From Ginglymostoma cirratum (lineage: Eukaryota): DNA of 64,000 bases. A program made the translations under genes and the position numbers. Below, in pieces: positions 12,936-27,402 of this stretch. The DNA lies in NCBI GenBank assembly GCA_024137785.1, contig JAHRHZ010000009.1:28735356-28799355 (forward strand). The letters run 5' to 3'. Position 1 is the stretch's first letter. Each line of letters begins with the position of its first letter. Under the pieces are notes generated by a model. It saw only the letters and a program-made list of their open reading frames with translations. It searched no databases and was not told the origin of the DNA.

Positions 12936-15900
12936 TAGTTGATGAAATCAAACTTAGTTGTGGATCAGAACGAATGGCTGCAAAAGGAACAGGACCATGT
13001 TTTCATGGTCACCATTGTCCAGGAGTAGTGATACTGCAAAGTAAGCAGCTGTCGAATTCTGGCAGTAAATGCCATCATTTTCAGAAGGCCAAGATCTGAT
13101 GACAGCAGTTACAGAATTCCAGCAATGGATGGCAGTGTTGTGGAAGGTATAAAAACTTTTGATGTCAAGTCAAAATGTATTTTTTAGGAATTGGTGAGGG
13201 TTTTATTAATGGCTATGGAGACTGAAATTTCTGAATGTAATATCAGTTACAGTTAGTAAATTTACTTACAATTTACAAAGTATCTCCGTGATTGGAGAAG
13301 AAGAACCCAAAGTTCAGGGAAGTCCAAAGATTTACGTTTATGAACATGTATAATCAGGATTAAAATATATTATAGTTTGAGTACACCACAGTTATAAAGT
13401 GGATTAATCACTCATCTCACTGAAGTAGGTGCTAGCAGTAAAATTAACAATTCAAAAGTAGTGATAAAAGTTTTTTTTACAATTAACAGTATTTTTACAA
13501 ATTTCATTGAAGTAACATTTTAGAGCCAAAGAAAGTCATCAGGTTTTCATGGTTTGTTGAAGACATATTCTAAATTTCAGTCGTCATCTACTCAAATAAC
13601 CAGGCTAAGTACAGAACTGAATATTTTATTGCTCCATCAAATATCAAAAAAAGGCTTGACTTGCTGTTTTGATTGTGTTGCAGCATTTTTGTTTATACCG
13701 ATCTTTTTCTTTAAGTCTTGTGATATGGATAAAACCTCTGTCACTGTTTGATACACCTGAAGGTCTTGCTAGCTTATTTCACAGGGTTAAGTCTCAACCA
13801 TGTCGCTGCAGTTCTGGCCATGCTAAGTAAAGATTTCCTTCCATTAAGTCATTTTATTGATTAATCTTTCTTTTTATATTAGTCTGATAACTTTGTCATT
13901 TTTACAGATACCAGCCTTTTACTTGCAGGGTTTTTTTAGTACTAAATTCAGTGCACATTCTGATATGGTGAGTTTTAATCTGTTACACTCTAGATTTTTT
14001 GTGCAGTCCCAGATTATTCATACAGTAGTATTATTACTTTACAGTTATTTCTTGTTAACTCAAGTAGGTGCTTCGTAGTAAGTTTCCTAACTGTATCAAC
14101 GATGTTGGTACTGTTTTGGATATATACATGTGTGAGCAGTTTCTTCTCACATATATGGTGACTGTTTTGTATGTATCTGCCTTTGTTTGCCATCAATTAC
14201 ATTTTTTTGCTGGTGTTGAACTAACATTGGATTACATACTCAAGGAATAATGTGAAGGGCAGCTATCCTTTTTATTCCATTATTGATATCATTTCCACAT
14301 CAGGGGTGAAAAATAATTGTTTCTTTTGATGGCTCCTCTTGAGATTTTCTCAAAGCTATGTTTTGATTTAAGGAGAATTCCTCTGTCATTCTTACTAACT
14401 CGTAGATGATAACATCACGTAAGTAATAATATTGTACTTGTTTTGACATATTGGGTATTTATAAACTCTTAGAAGCAGAATTTGAAAATTCATTGATGTC
14501 TCAATAACGAGCACTCTTCTGTTAAGCTCAAGAATACAACACAGAAAATATTGATTTCCTGGACACGACAGCATTGAAATTGACACAAGGAAACAGGCAG
14601 ATTCAACAACAAGTCAAAGGGCAAAAGGTCCAGCCAAGGGGAAAAGGTTCCCTAGCAATTCCCTCACTACCACCACTCATTTTCCCAGCTGCTCATTTTT
14701 TCCCTTCGGTCGCTAGTGAACCTATCAGCAGCAGCAACTAATTAAGGAACCGTCTGCAATTGGAGGAGCAGCCTCCCACACAATGTTCATTCTGTAAGTG
14801 GCTGATTTTCTCTGACTGATAACTGGAATTTTCTCAAGCATTTTTGAGGGACACCATTCAAATTTTCCTTTTCTGCTGCTCATCATACAGGCTTTTGTTG
14901 CCCATTTATTTAGGTACTGACATGTTGAGGTGTAATTGCATGGGTTTGTGCTGTTTAGATCAAGTAACTATTCACCATATCAAAGTCTAGATAATAAGTG
15001 TTAGCAAGACTGTTATATTATGGAGAGCATTACAGTCAAATCTGAATTTTCTCAGATGACAGTTTAAGTCAATATAAGTCCTTGGATCATGGCCAGGAGT
15101 GGGGAACTAATTATACTGTCTCAATTGCTGACCCAATTGAAATCAACTCACTTAACACACACCATGCATTGAACCTGAGATCTCTGATATGTGTAGCTTG
15201 TTGCAACTCTCACCGACCTTGGCACGTGGTGAGTATATTTCTACTTTTTCTCACTTTCTGATTTTATAGCTTTTTTTGGCATCATTTGACACTTGGGGCA
15301 TTCTGACCACCCCCAGATGATGCCTGTTTAAGTACGCAAATTAACATGCTGTGTGTATAGTAACCGATGCAATGTTCTGCTCAACACCAGTCATCAGGTT
15401 GACCAGTTTTCCTATCTTCTAGTCCTAATGAAAGGCTAACATTGTTGAAAAATGGATTATATCCTCTGCTGTGGCAGACTCATGGTGGTTATCGGAAATG
15501 CACATTTTGCTGCAGGTTCACAAAGATCGCAGCACGTACTTCGTTTAGTTTCCAGATCTGTTTAAAATGTATCCCAAGCAGATGGTGGTAGCTCCACAAA
15601 ACATTAGGACGGATATCCTCAGTGTGACCACAGAACTTTGTCTCCACAGGAGCAATGTGATAGTCAGTTCTTCTAATGCACTCATGGACCATGTGCTTCA
15701 GTACATTGATGAGAATTCAGTGCCCAAGTCTCTGGATTACCAGTCGAGTGGTAGTAACATTATGACATCACGTGTTCTGGTCTAACATCCACTCAACAAA
15801 GCACACCCGTTTGAACTTTAAAATTATATTTTATATCTTCAGGAAGTTCCACCCACGTGTTGAAGTATGAATACGAGACAGCTGTCGCTTATCAGCTCTG

Positions 15901-16762
15901 TTTAGTACCTTTGTGAAGTATCCGTGAACCTTGCAATATAGAACTAAGTTGTTTCTGCATTAGTTTTCATCTCTGGTTCATCAATTGTTTCTTTTGTACA
16001 AAGCTTATTATTAAATATCTGCAGTGTCTTGTGAACTGGAGACTAAAATCCATTCTTCATTCTCTCACTTCCTGAAGGACATTTGAAAATTAAATCCTGA
16101 AAGGCCTCTTTTGGACTCTAATTAGAACGCCATATCTGTCCATTGTGAATTTGAAGCTGCTTCTGTTCAGCTTCATTTTACCCACATGAATTCAAATGTT
16201 TGTCATTGATACTTCAATTTCATTATTCTGGTATCTGTTGTCAAAAATTGCGACTTTACATCTTCACCTGACACTAGGGTTTTCCCTTGTGTTTTTGTCA
16301 GTTCATAAAGAGTGCAGTGCACGCAAAGAAATTTGAGATTTGGATGTTTATCGAAATAACCCACCACAAATTGACTTACCCTCTTGTCTCATCTAGAATG
16401 CTGTGTTTATTTCTGGTCCCACCATATAGTGGAAGAAGTGATGTTATTGTGTTGCTTAATTTGCAACATCACTGAATGGGGGAAACATTTGATAGACCAG
16501 CTGGCTGGTTTCTGTCTGTGTTTATTATGTTTGTACCTTGTGTGCCTGCTGTTTTTGACAGGAGTTTCCCTCTTCTATGTGCTTAGTAGGATTCATAGGA
16601 TGCTGAGTTAAGATTCTCTGCCTTGAAGAGATGTCACCCTTCGGGGGGACGTCTAGGACACTACATTCGAAACCATCCAATCTCTTGTTCCATTATCTGG
16701 TATAATAAAGGTTAAACTGATTCTTGTTTAGATACATCTGGAGGCCTTGCACATCAACTCCA

Positions 16763-17770
16763 TGTGAAATGATAGCAATTAATATCTGATAAGGCTTAAA
16801 GAGCCAAGCGTTTATATCTTTATTTTTCTGTAATTTTGTGGACTGAAACTGAAAAAAACACTGTTTTAAAAGCCAGGGACATTGGAAGGGAATACTGCAC
16901 TTTTTAAAAGCAAGCTATCAATGCTTATTGTAAGTGCTGTTTATACTGTTGCTTGTTGCAGCAGTGAAGGCAGGTTATGGAAAGGACTAGCACCAAGGGT
17001 GTATGTACAAAGTGGATTTCAGCCAGAGGAATAAAGCTGAACAGTCATTGTAATGATGACCAGTTGTGGATGACAAGGTCATTCAGTTTGCCAAAAACGG
17101 GTAACTGAACAACTTGTGGTTGTGAGCGAGATAACCAGAAGCCTTCAGAGAAGTGGTCTCTCTGTCTGTTTATCTCTCTTGGTCTTTCTGTTTCTCTCTC
17201 ACTCTGAATTTTTTTTCAAGTACTTGAAGCTTTAAGACAGTTAGTTTATTTTTGTTGCCCAATTGGTGTAAGCTGTGGCTTTTAAACAATAATCAGAGAC
17301 TTTATAAGTTGTGAACCAGTCATTCTGTACCTCCTGCAAGCAAGAAAATGTCTGGAGAAGAGAGATTGAAAGTAGCAAGTACACACAATCTAAAAGGATC
17401 ATCTCAGTGAACCTTGCGGACAGAAACCATTGAGTGGCCTTTCCAGTTTTTCACTCCACTCTTAACACAGTTTGTTTTGTGTCTGTTTACATGAATGTTT
17501 GGGGGAATTTTATAAAGCGATTAAAGTTCTAAGTAGTAGAATTATATATTGACGGTCTAGAACTGTTTACCTGGAGCTAGGATCTATTTAGTTGTAATAA
17601 AAAGTAATTCTTGCTAAGTACTGAAACCTAGTAAATTCTTTCTCTCAGCCTGAGTCTAAAAGGAAAGGTAAGTTGAGGAATTTTCCTTACTTTCATGATA
17701 TTTTTAACTTCTGATGATACTAGGAATGGAGGGCCCGTTTTCTCGTGCACCTCCCCAGTGAGGCGTGACA
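16763..17770 (+). mobile_element. Possible solo LTR or LTR-like repeat
   Basis: Starts tgtga and ends gtgaca, with internal CT-rich tracts and AATAAA about 170 nt before the end. No TSD found; the left end could instead be tgtcac at 16632. Confidence 0.35.
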
Positions 17771-20309
17771 GAAGAAGGTTGTTCATTTTTGTGATGTTTT
17801 TAGAATGTACTACAAACTCAATTGAAATTCAGTTGTTATTGAAATGTTTGGATGATAAAGATATATTGCACTTTTATAGATTGCTTCTGGGGAAACAGCT
17901 TAAAGTACATGACAGCTATTACTTAAGGGGACTTACTCAGTTTCATTGGAACGATGAAATGTCATGACACTTGCTTGTTTTAAGATGCATGGCAGAACAG
18001 AAAATAATTTTCAGTGTTGTCAGTAAAATCTTGGGTTAGACTTTATGGATCACACTTGGTTTGTCTGTTCGGTTTCACAAGTGGCTACAGTTGCCTTGCT
18101 TCTGTATTCCTTTTTTTTCAATTAATTTAATGATACTTTAGTGTTATGGTACTCCAGTGGCAGCTTAAGGTACATAATAAAATGTAGTATTACTATAAGG
18201 AGTCTGACGAACTCCTGTGGGTTGCATTTAAATAAAGTGGTTGTATAGGAAATTTAGAAGTAAAATAATTTGAAGATCCTTAGCAGAAAATGTAAATGAA
18301 TGCATAGTAAAAAATATGAATTACATTTGGGTCAAAATTTTGGATTGTTTGGGGAATATGGGTACTCTTCACCTACCGAAATGAATCTGATTCGTGGGCA
18401 CACATTGTGTCTTAAGTCTTGGTCAACACCATTTAAGTAAATGCTGAACGAGAAGCATCTTTTATCTGTGCTTGAAGTAGGCATTTGTTGTATGAGAAAA
18501 GGGGCTTTAAGAATATTCTTAGTCTCTACAGCAACTTTGAATTACTCTGAGACCACGCGTGTCAGTGCTGATTCACCTGCACAAAACCAATACTAAGCAC
18601 TACTTTGAAGATGAATGGAAAGTACTTAACACAATCTCAGTACTCCTGGGCCTGAGATCTCTGACCTCACTTCTGCCTCCGAAAATTCTCTCACTTCCAG
18701 CCTTGAACCAATCTCTTGGACCCACTCCTTCTCCACACTTTGGAAGGCTGAAAACTTCCTGACTTATCTGTCACTGCATACCTTATTACAATAACTAATT
18801 CAGACATTTTCTGTCCTCTTATCCAATCCCTCATTGATTCTCTGCCACAGACTTGGAGATGCATCCTTTCCTCCTACTGAACCCCAAAATACTGCTGAAT
18901 GACTTAACTGGCAGTTGGATAACTTTCCCATCCGGGTTTGTAAAACAGCACCATTTACGTCTTGGCGAACAGCAAGAGTTTTCAGAACTCCACGTTTGAG
19001 TGCAGGTGTTTAATAGTTTGCCAGAAGGATTCCTGCAATAGATGCACTCGTTTTTCTGAACCTTTATCTTATAGATCTGCAATACGGTATCTGCTTAACA
19101 TGTTTCCTTTTGAATATTGATGCTTATGGTCTGGTTCCTAGGAAGGCACAGTATCTGTTCTCTATCCGTTACAGTCCTATGCTCAAATGGCCTTTCAGGG
19201 TTTCTCACTTCATGAAGAGTCAAATCATCACAGCACAGCCATTAATAAGAAGAATTGAAATTCTGTCTTCACGTTCATTTTAGCCATGTTGAAATCTGCT
19301 GGGAGTTGAATCCTGGAGTATCTAGTTTGAAAAGTAAGACTTTAATGAGTTCGAGGCCTTTATGGCACTGGTATCCCTTGCTGTTTATCAGCGGGGAGCT
19401 TGAGGTCAAACGCTGTTCTTTCAGGAGGTTTTTGTAACATCCCACCCTGACACAAGTATACTAATATGGATATGGTGTTAATACCAAGAACAGTAGAATG
19501 CTGTATTCTTGTTTTAAAGATTTGATTTTGTTTCTGGCTGTCCAGCTATGTTATGCAAGTAGTAACAATAAGGTAAAGCAAGAAAGCTGACTGACTATTG
19601 TTTCAATGACAAAAGGAGTTGCAGACTATAGCAAAACATTTGTACATCCTCTTCATGGATCTGTGATCTTATGGCACTGATCATTTCTGTGGATGAAATC
19701 ATTGGAGCTGAAGGCAACACATCTGTAATGTTGGCTGCATGCAGCAAGACCAGGAAACACTGGTGCACATGAACCAAATTTTATTTGAATGCATTGTTTC
19801 TATATTTTTACTGGGGGACATTTGTTGCTAGTCATCTCTTTTTTTAAACAACATGGAAAAGGTACTGGCAAAGTAACATAACTATCAAATATTATGTTTT
19901 AATGGGGGGGAATATAAATTATTAAATCCCTATTGGAGAACCTTAGGACTGTGTTTTAACTACCTGCCATTTACAGATTCATGATATTAGTTTTGTATCA
20001 CACTTACGTGTAATGCTCCAAGTTTGTCCACAGTAATGAAATCCTGCTTCAAGCGATTGTGTTTTCTTTTCATGCTAACTGCACTTTGAAAACCCTAGAA
20101 TTGCAATATCTTTTCTTTTCTCAAATGATGCTATGTGAAAACTGAGAAAGCTTGGTCCTACCATGCAACATGCCACCAAATGACTTAATTTTAACTTTTT
20201 CAACATTTTCAGTACTGTGTCCATTTTAAGCATTATACTGTAACTTATTACAAAGAAAATCCTCAGTGTTGTCTGTGTGAATATTTTGTAACCTATTTTT
20301 CTCTTTCAG

Positions 20310-20376
20310 TTTTCTGATTATTTCAACGGTCATTTCAACGGTCAGTATTGGCTCTGGTGGATATTCCTTGTTCTTG
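20310..20376 (+). CDS. NDFIP2: NDFIP2 internal coding exon
   Basis: Acceptor ttttctctttcag|TTT, donor CTT G|gtaagc. Translates FSDYFNGHFNGQYWLWWIFLVL(G). 67 nt, phase-compatible with both flanking exons. Absent from the ORF track. Confidence 0.95.
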
Positions 20377-23334
20377 GTAAGCTGCTTTTTTTCAATAATC
20401 AATTTGCTTTTAACTGAGGAAATTGTTTGTTGAAAGAATATATACACCTTCCATAATGCAAATGATATTATTTTATAATCTGCTTCCTTTCTTTTCAAGT
20501 AATATTTCATTTGGCACAAATACATAAGTTGAAAATGTCTTACTTTTTTTAGCTTATTTAGATCTGCATCTTTCTATCTGGAACTATTTTTTGAGGACAA
20601 AGTCTAATATCGTGTTATGCTGGAAGTATTTATGCTTGAACATTGTTCGAAGTTTTGTTTAGTCTCTCCCCATCATCCACAAAAGAGAATTGGTTGAGCT
20701 TTGTTATGCACATGAACACTATTATTATCTAAGCATTTCAGAATGGTTTGCAAATAATTCATTAAAACTGAGTATTTAATTACAATTATTTTAAATGTGC
20801 CCGTTTCATGAGCCTGAATTCTAGAATGGTAGTTTTCCATCCTGAAGTCTCGAGTTCTAATTTGAGCTACTACAGACAGTTCAAACTTCCTTGTGTTCAT
20901 TGATGTTTATCTGTCCTTGTTTGAAATTCTAGAAGAAGCCTATGTGTCAGAAGGGTATAGTAATTTTAGAAAGGTTGGGAGGAGAAGTGGTATCTTCTTA
21001 AACATGCCAATCAATGTATTTTCCTATTTTATGGCCATATAGACCTTTCTCAAGCAGTGCGCTTATGAAAATATGCTGTAATTGTAGCGTGCTTATCTAC
21101 AAGGATTTTAATGCTATTTACAAAGTTGGAAATTGATCATGTGGTTCTGTAAGATTGTTTTGAAATAGATGAAAATAGAACAAGATCTTCTATTTTGTGA
21201 ATAACGGAACACAAGTTAAATCTCAAACAATGTGTGCAGTTAATATTAATGAGAATCCACTTATAGTTGTATAATATTTTGAAAATTATTTTGTTCTTCA
21301 ACATTGGTGACAGAATAGATGGAGAATATATCTTCAGTGCAGTTTGTGCTTTTGAGGAGAAATTTAAACTTATTACATGCATTCTGCTGGAGGCTTATTG
21401 TGTTGGTTTCCAAACGGAAAAGGAAGTACTCGTTAGCATGCTTGGATTGTGGTTCCTATTATACGAACATGATTTGGTATTATTTTCTGTCCCGGGGTAC
21501 AAAGTGATTTTAAAAATAAGCTTCAAATCCCAGGCAAAAGGAGATGCACTTCTTTGAGCTTTTCCCAGTGTAGTGTTCATCAAAATTTTCTGTTGCAGTT
21601 CCAATTAAATGCTATGTTTTTCTGAATGAAGGTCATTTTTGGGTGATTTATATATGCTAAATGAGGATTATAGACCAGACAAAATAATGATTTTGCAAGT
21701 TAAGAAACTATTATATGGCTTCCCAAATTTTGAGATATATTTATTTAAAACCTATTTTTGTGCATTTATTCTTCTGTTGATGTGTAGCAAGTACATAAAA
21801 AAAATTTTATTTAAAAAACATTCACCTAAATTCTGTGGGTAAACCTCCAATGGAGGCCTGAACGTTATGTTGGATGCAAAGCACTGAGGAAATGGAAAAT
21901 TAAAAGAAATTTGTGTGTTTAATGCTGCTGTCCCATTTTTTGTTATCTTTTGTAAGACTTGTTATGAGAAATAAATAAAAGAAAATTTGCAGGTGCCGGA
22001 AATCTGAATGAAATTAAATAATTCCACGAAAACAAATGTCTTCAGATTTATGTATTTTCCTCAGATTCTTGCTGCCGCCTTCTCATCAGGAAACAGTAAA
22101 ATGAAGAATTTAGTTGCAACAGAAGGCATGTGTATGTGTATCAAATCTACAACTTGCAATTGAGATCACTTGAGCATGTGGTGCAATCACTGCGTCATTT
22201 TTAAGTTTTCATATTGGAAATGAGCTGGCAAAATCAGTGTTTTGAAGAAGTGATATGGTGGACAATACCACTGCTCATGAAATTTGGTGACAGTAATCCA
22301 ATTGGAAGTCTCTTCCATTCTACAAAAGGGTCACAGCATGTGTTAGTACAGATTTGTTTCTTTTTTCAACCTCCGCATGTGACAACATTCTCCATTACTG
22401 CATAGCTCAATCTCTATTTGAGTTTAATATTTGTATTGCCACTCATTTGCGAGTCCAATCTGACTAACATTTGTGACAAATTGATAACTAGAGGTGGCAC
22501 TCTGGAAATACATAGGACTTATGTTAACATCTGTAGGTTATGTGACAATATATTATATTGGCATGTAGAAATGGTTTTCATTTGAAATAAAACTACTTTG
22601 CCCATTTATTTCCTACTTTGGATAATCTGAGGGATTGTATGATTTAAAAGCAAGTTTGTTCATTCCATTTAATTAGTTGTCTCTGATGACCTTTATTTCT
22701 GTAACAATCAGACTTGCGACAAATATTTTCATGAGCTAGGATCTTTAAATTCCATGCTGATAGTACTGCTTCATTATTTTGGCACTTCTGTAATTTATTG
22801 GCCACATAGCATTTTGGGAAGTACTGAGACAATGGAAGATGTCATACAAATATAATTTTTCTTGTCTTTTACCTTTGTAAGTCGGTAGTTGAGTTGTTTT
22901 GCCTCAGGTACAGTAAGAATATTAATGAAGCAGAAAAATTGCTTAGAAGTATAAAAGAGTGGATAATGGGCTATGAAAAGAAGTTGTCTGGTCACCTGAA
23001 ATTGCTTTACTTTTCACTTAGCAGCCCATGAAGTCTTAAACAGGCATATCCGTACCTTTGGAGCAGTCAGCAAGATACTTCATCATGTAACTAGTGAATC
23101 ATATAACCTGGTTTACAGAGAGGGTGGGCATATTAAATCCTGTGGATGATGTATCTGTTTGCTACTGCTTCTGTTGCAGTTTTGTCAGTGGTGAGGCTGG
23201 CATCAGGTGGACTGCCCACCACTGGGCCACTTATGCTCCAGTGACCACGTAAGGGTCTTGAGGTGAGGGATGCAAGCAATGCTACCTACAGCTGGGAGAA
23301 AAATTAAAGAATGCCTTGATTAAGTGTTGGATTG

Positions 23335-23830
23335 TGAGGAAGAAAGATGTAAATGCATTGAAGATATTATTAGATTGATACCTGGATTGAATGGTTTGTT
23401 GGACAAATAAAGTTTGGGCAGATAGGGCTTGCTTCCACTGGAATTTAGAAGAGTGAAGGCTGACTGATCTTGAAGTTAAAATTCTGAACTGACTTGACCA
23501 GATGGATGTAGGAAGGATTTTTCCTGTTCTGAATGAGTCCAGAGCTAGGGAACACTTTAAAAGTTTCCCTTTTGGGACAGAGATAAGGAGAAACGATTTC
23601 TCTCAGAAAATTTGTGTAACATTTGAAGTCTCTGCTTCAAAAGGTGGTGCAGGTAAGGTCATTGAATATTTTTAAGGCGGAGTGAGATTAATCACGTTGC
23701 TTATCAAGAATTTAAGGTTATCAGGGATAGGTGGGAATGCAGAATTCAAAACACGACTGGATCAACCATGATCTTAGCCTTGATGAATAGTGGAGCAGAT
23801 TAACGGACCAATTGGCCTTCAGCTCCGAGT
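23335..23830 (+). mobile_element. CR1 LINE 3' fragment
   Basis: ccactggaatttagaagagtgaagg, ttctctcaga and the tail atcaaccatgatc...ggaccaattggcct. Confidence 0.7.
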
Positions 23831-24164
23831 TTGTTTACAAATTAAGCAGGTAAGTCCTTTTGAGCTGCATTGTATGGACAACTGGTTAAGATAAGATACA
23901 TCTGGGTGAAGGCTTTACCCACTATCTTTCATTCTCCTTAAACGTGGAAGTGGTGCCAATAAGATGCATGTTCAAAAAGGAGAGGCTGATAAATCAGTCC
24001 TGGTGGTGTTGAGGAAATTTTTAGAAAGCAGAATACAGGATAAAATTCATTGTTACTTGGATAAATGTGGGCTAATAAGAATTGTTCAAAAGTGAATTGT
24101 TTGACAAATTTGCTACGAGTCCCTTGGTCAAATAATAGAGGGTTCATGAGGTTTGCATGGTTGT

Positions 24165-24385
24165 TTGTGGGCAGCCAGTTAGCTGGACAACTAGTTTACA
24201 GTGCAGAGTGATACTAAGTCTGTGATCAGTTCATGCATTGGCTGAGGTTACCATGAAGGGCTTTCCTTCTCAACTTCTCTCCTCGCCTGAGGCATGGTGA
24301 CCCTTAGGTTAAACCACCACCAATCGTCTCTCTAATAAGACAGCAGCCCTAAGGTCTAGTAAGATTATGGCAATTTTACCTTTAT
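24165..24385 (+). mobile_element. tRNA-derived SINE (third family); possible partial copy at about 25265-25400
   Basis: Degenerate tRNA-like head, body ctcgcctgaggcatggtgacccttaggttaaaccaccacc, and tail tatggcaattttaccttta. Confidence 0.45.
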
Positions 24386-24389
24386 GTTT

Positions 24390-25520
24390 GGCTGTACATG
24401 TGGACTGTCACAAGGCTTTAATAAAGGTTACATAATAGACTTGTCAGCAAAATTGATGCTCGTGAAATTAAAAGGGCACTGGCAGCTTAGATTACTATTG
24501 GCTGAAAAAAAAACAGAAAACAGTTGTGGTGAACTGTTGTTGCTTTTCTGATCAGAAGACTGTACATATTGGTGCCACCCATGTTGCTCTCTCTGATTCG
24601 TATTAATGTCCTCAATTTGTCTGTACATGTGTAACATGATGTTTCCTGGAGATCAAAATATGGAAAGTGATTATAAACCAAACAGTATATTTTCAAAAGG
24701 ACGTCTAAGAACACAGAAATCGAATTTTATATGCACAAATGTTTAAAGGTAATTGGATGATTTGAAGCTGTTTCAAAACAAAAAGCATCCTTGGCTTTAC
24801 AAATAGTGTACAAAAGCGAAGATGTTCTGCTAAACCTTTATAAATCATTGCTTAGGTTTCAGCTAAGGTGTTGTTTGAAATTCTGGAGCTGCATAATTAA
24901 AGGTTATGTTACTTAAAGAGAATGCAGGGAAGAGTTATCGGAACAATGCCTGGGTCAATTTAGCCGATTGATAATAGAGGCTGGAAATGTCCTCCTTACA
25001 CCAGAGGAGGTTAGGGGAAGATTTAATAGAGAAGTTTGAAGTTATTTTGGGGTTTTGACTGAATAAATAATGAGGAACTGTTTGCACTGGCAGAGATTCA
25101 GTGACCAGATACCACAAGATTTAAAGTACTTGACAAGAAAAAAGGGGGAGATGAGAATGCTTTATGCAGTGAATAGCAATCTGGAATGCATCGTATGAGT
25201 GTTATGGAAGCAATTGCAGTGGTAATTTTGAAAAGGAAAATTGATGGCTACTTAAAAAGAAAAGTTGGGATTGGTTAGCCTCATTGGCTGCATGACTAAA
25301 ATGTGATGCAGAAACATGCCAGCATTGTGGGTACAAACTTGAGGACTGCCTCCTCGCTGTGATTCACAATGATGTATCATAAATCATGGTAAATAACCCT
25401 CCATGATTGCAAAGGAAGCTACGTAAAGAAAGAGATATAGAAGAAAAGCGGGGAAATAGTATTAATTGAACATTATTCCAAGATCCAGCATATATGCAAT
25501 GTACTGTATGAATGCTATTT
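24390..25520 (+). mobile_element. Degraded CR1 RT to 3' end
   Basis: YxDxxKAFxKV-like motif (gtacatgtggactgtcacaaggctttaataaagg) and aggaggttaggggaagatttaataga (RRLRGDLIE-like). Confidence 0.65.
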
Positions 25521-27171
25521 ATGAAATATCATCTACTCAAAAAATATTTGATCTGGCAATGTGTTTGTGGAATGTCAAAACAAACTTTGGGGGTGTGTTA
25601 CAGACACTGCCAGAATCAGTACATTAGATTTGTCATGCAGTTTCCACTCCCAACGGCACTGTTTACCTTCCTACATTTCTGTCTGTGGTATCCATGATGC
25701 TACAAGTCCTAACTAGAACAGAAAAGCAAAATTCTGGAAACAGGAATTTAATGTCACTGGGGAGTTGCTGCTGATGGAGCCTGTTGTAAACCCATTTTTG
25801 ATCAGATTTTTCTGATGGTGGAAGCCAAAAGCTGGAGCTGCTTGAGCTAAGGAGGATCAGGTGGTGGGCAGCATTTGACTTACAACTTGCACTCAGTTTC
25901 CTTATGCATGTATGTACCGGGAAGAAAGATAAACTAAAATAGATTGCAATTTGATAGCAAAAGGAAAAATCAGGCTCATTAAGTACAAAAAGCAAAATGA
26001 GATACTTTATCATTGTGGCGTTATTACCATTACAGTACAAATTTCAAGATTCAAGGAAAAATTTTCAAAGCCTTGGAAAGATTTCTATGGCATTATATCT
26101 AGCAAAATATAATTATTTTTCTTTTATAAATGTATTTACAATTTAATTCCACACATTGTCAAAAGTGCACTTTCTATCAGCTAAATTTTGTGGAAACATG
26201 CAATGAATCATGCTGCAATTTTATTATCCTGCCAATCACAACATTACAGAACCAATTTTACAAATCTGCGGAAAAGACAACACCAGTGAAGTGAGGGAAT
26301 AAATGAAAATGAAGATTTCTATTGCTAACAGCTCCTGCAAAAAAGTTTTACAAAATAGTTGACATTGACTACCTGTGTAGTGGCCATTATAAATCATTAT
26401 TGATATTATGTAGCATATACTCCTACAATTTTATTTTAAAATGTTTTACTTGGCAATTGGAATCGGGGAAACTAATATCTTCTTTCAAATTGATGATTGT
26501 CCTTAATCGGAAAGTCATCTCATCCCTGTTTTACTTAAGTCAAAACATCAATCTCTGTCTTGGTAAAGTCTGGGCAATTTAGGTAACAGTCCAGAAAATA
26601 AAGGTAGATGGTTGAGGGGTTATTTCAGCTTATTCATATATGCAACACTGCTCATCTAAGGTCATTGTTTTTCCACAGCGTGATCAGGGTCTTGTGAGAG
26701 TTCAAAACAAAATGAAGGAACTGGAGGCAATAATTTGTACTGAAAATCCTTTTAAAGTAGGAATGCATAAAATATGGTTACAGAGAACTTGATTGCCAAG
26801 TAAATTCCAGAAGACAGCAGGCGAAAGTGGAGTAATTTGTATTAATTAAAGATTGTGTAATGTTGGAAAAACAAAATGTAACTGGTAGTAAGATAGATAC
26901 TGGATCCAAAATGATTGAATTAAAAGATAAAAGGGGATTCATTGCTCTGATATCTTTCCAATTGGGGGGAAAGATTACAGGAATAAATATGTGCACAAAT
27001 TCAAATTCATGAACAGGTACAGAATAATAACCATGGGCAATTTCAACAAGTTCCCATGCAAACTAACAGAAATTAGCAGCAAAGGAGAAAAGGAAATCAG
27101 ATTCTTAGTGTCTACGTGACTCCATTTCGAAGCAGAACATATAAAGTACAACAAGAAAATAATCACTTAAA

Positions 27172-27346
27172 GGCAAGGAAAATATTGCAAATGCTGGAGA
27201 TTGGAATAATAATGAAGTGCTGGAGAAATTCAACAGGTCTGGTAGCATCTGTGAAGCAAAAAGCATTTAACATTTTGAATCTAATGACTCTTCTTCAGAA
27301 CTTTTGCAGATGATCCAAACCTGCTGAGTTTCTCCAGCACTACTTT
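27172..27346. mobile_element. Old PLE terminal fragment with short inverted copy
   Basis: tgcaaatgctggaga...gtgctggagaaattcaacaggtctggtagcatctgt...gactcttcttcagaac, followed by inverted gcagatg...acctgctgagtttctccagcac. Confidence 0.6.
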
Positions 27347-27402
27347 AAAAAATTTTTGGAAAGAATCACTGCTGCATCTTGTAATGGATAAAGAAAAAAA
27401 TA

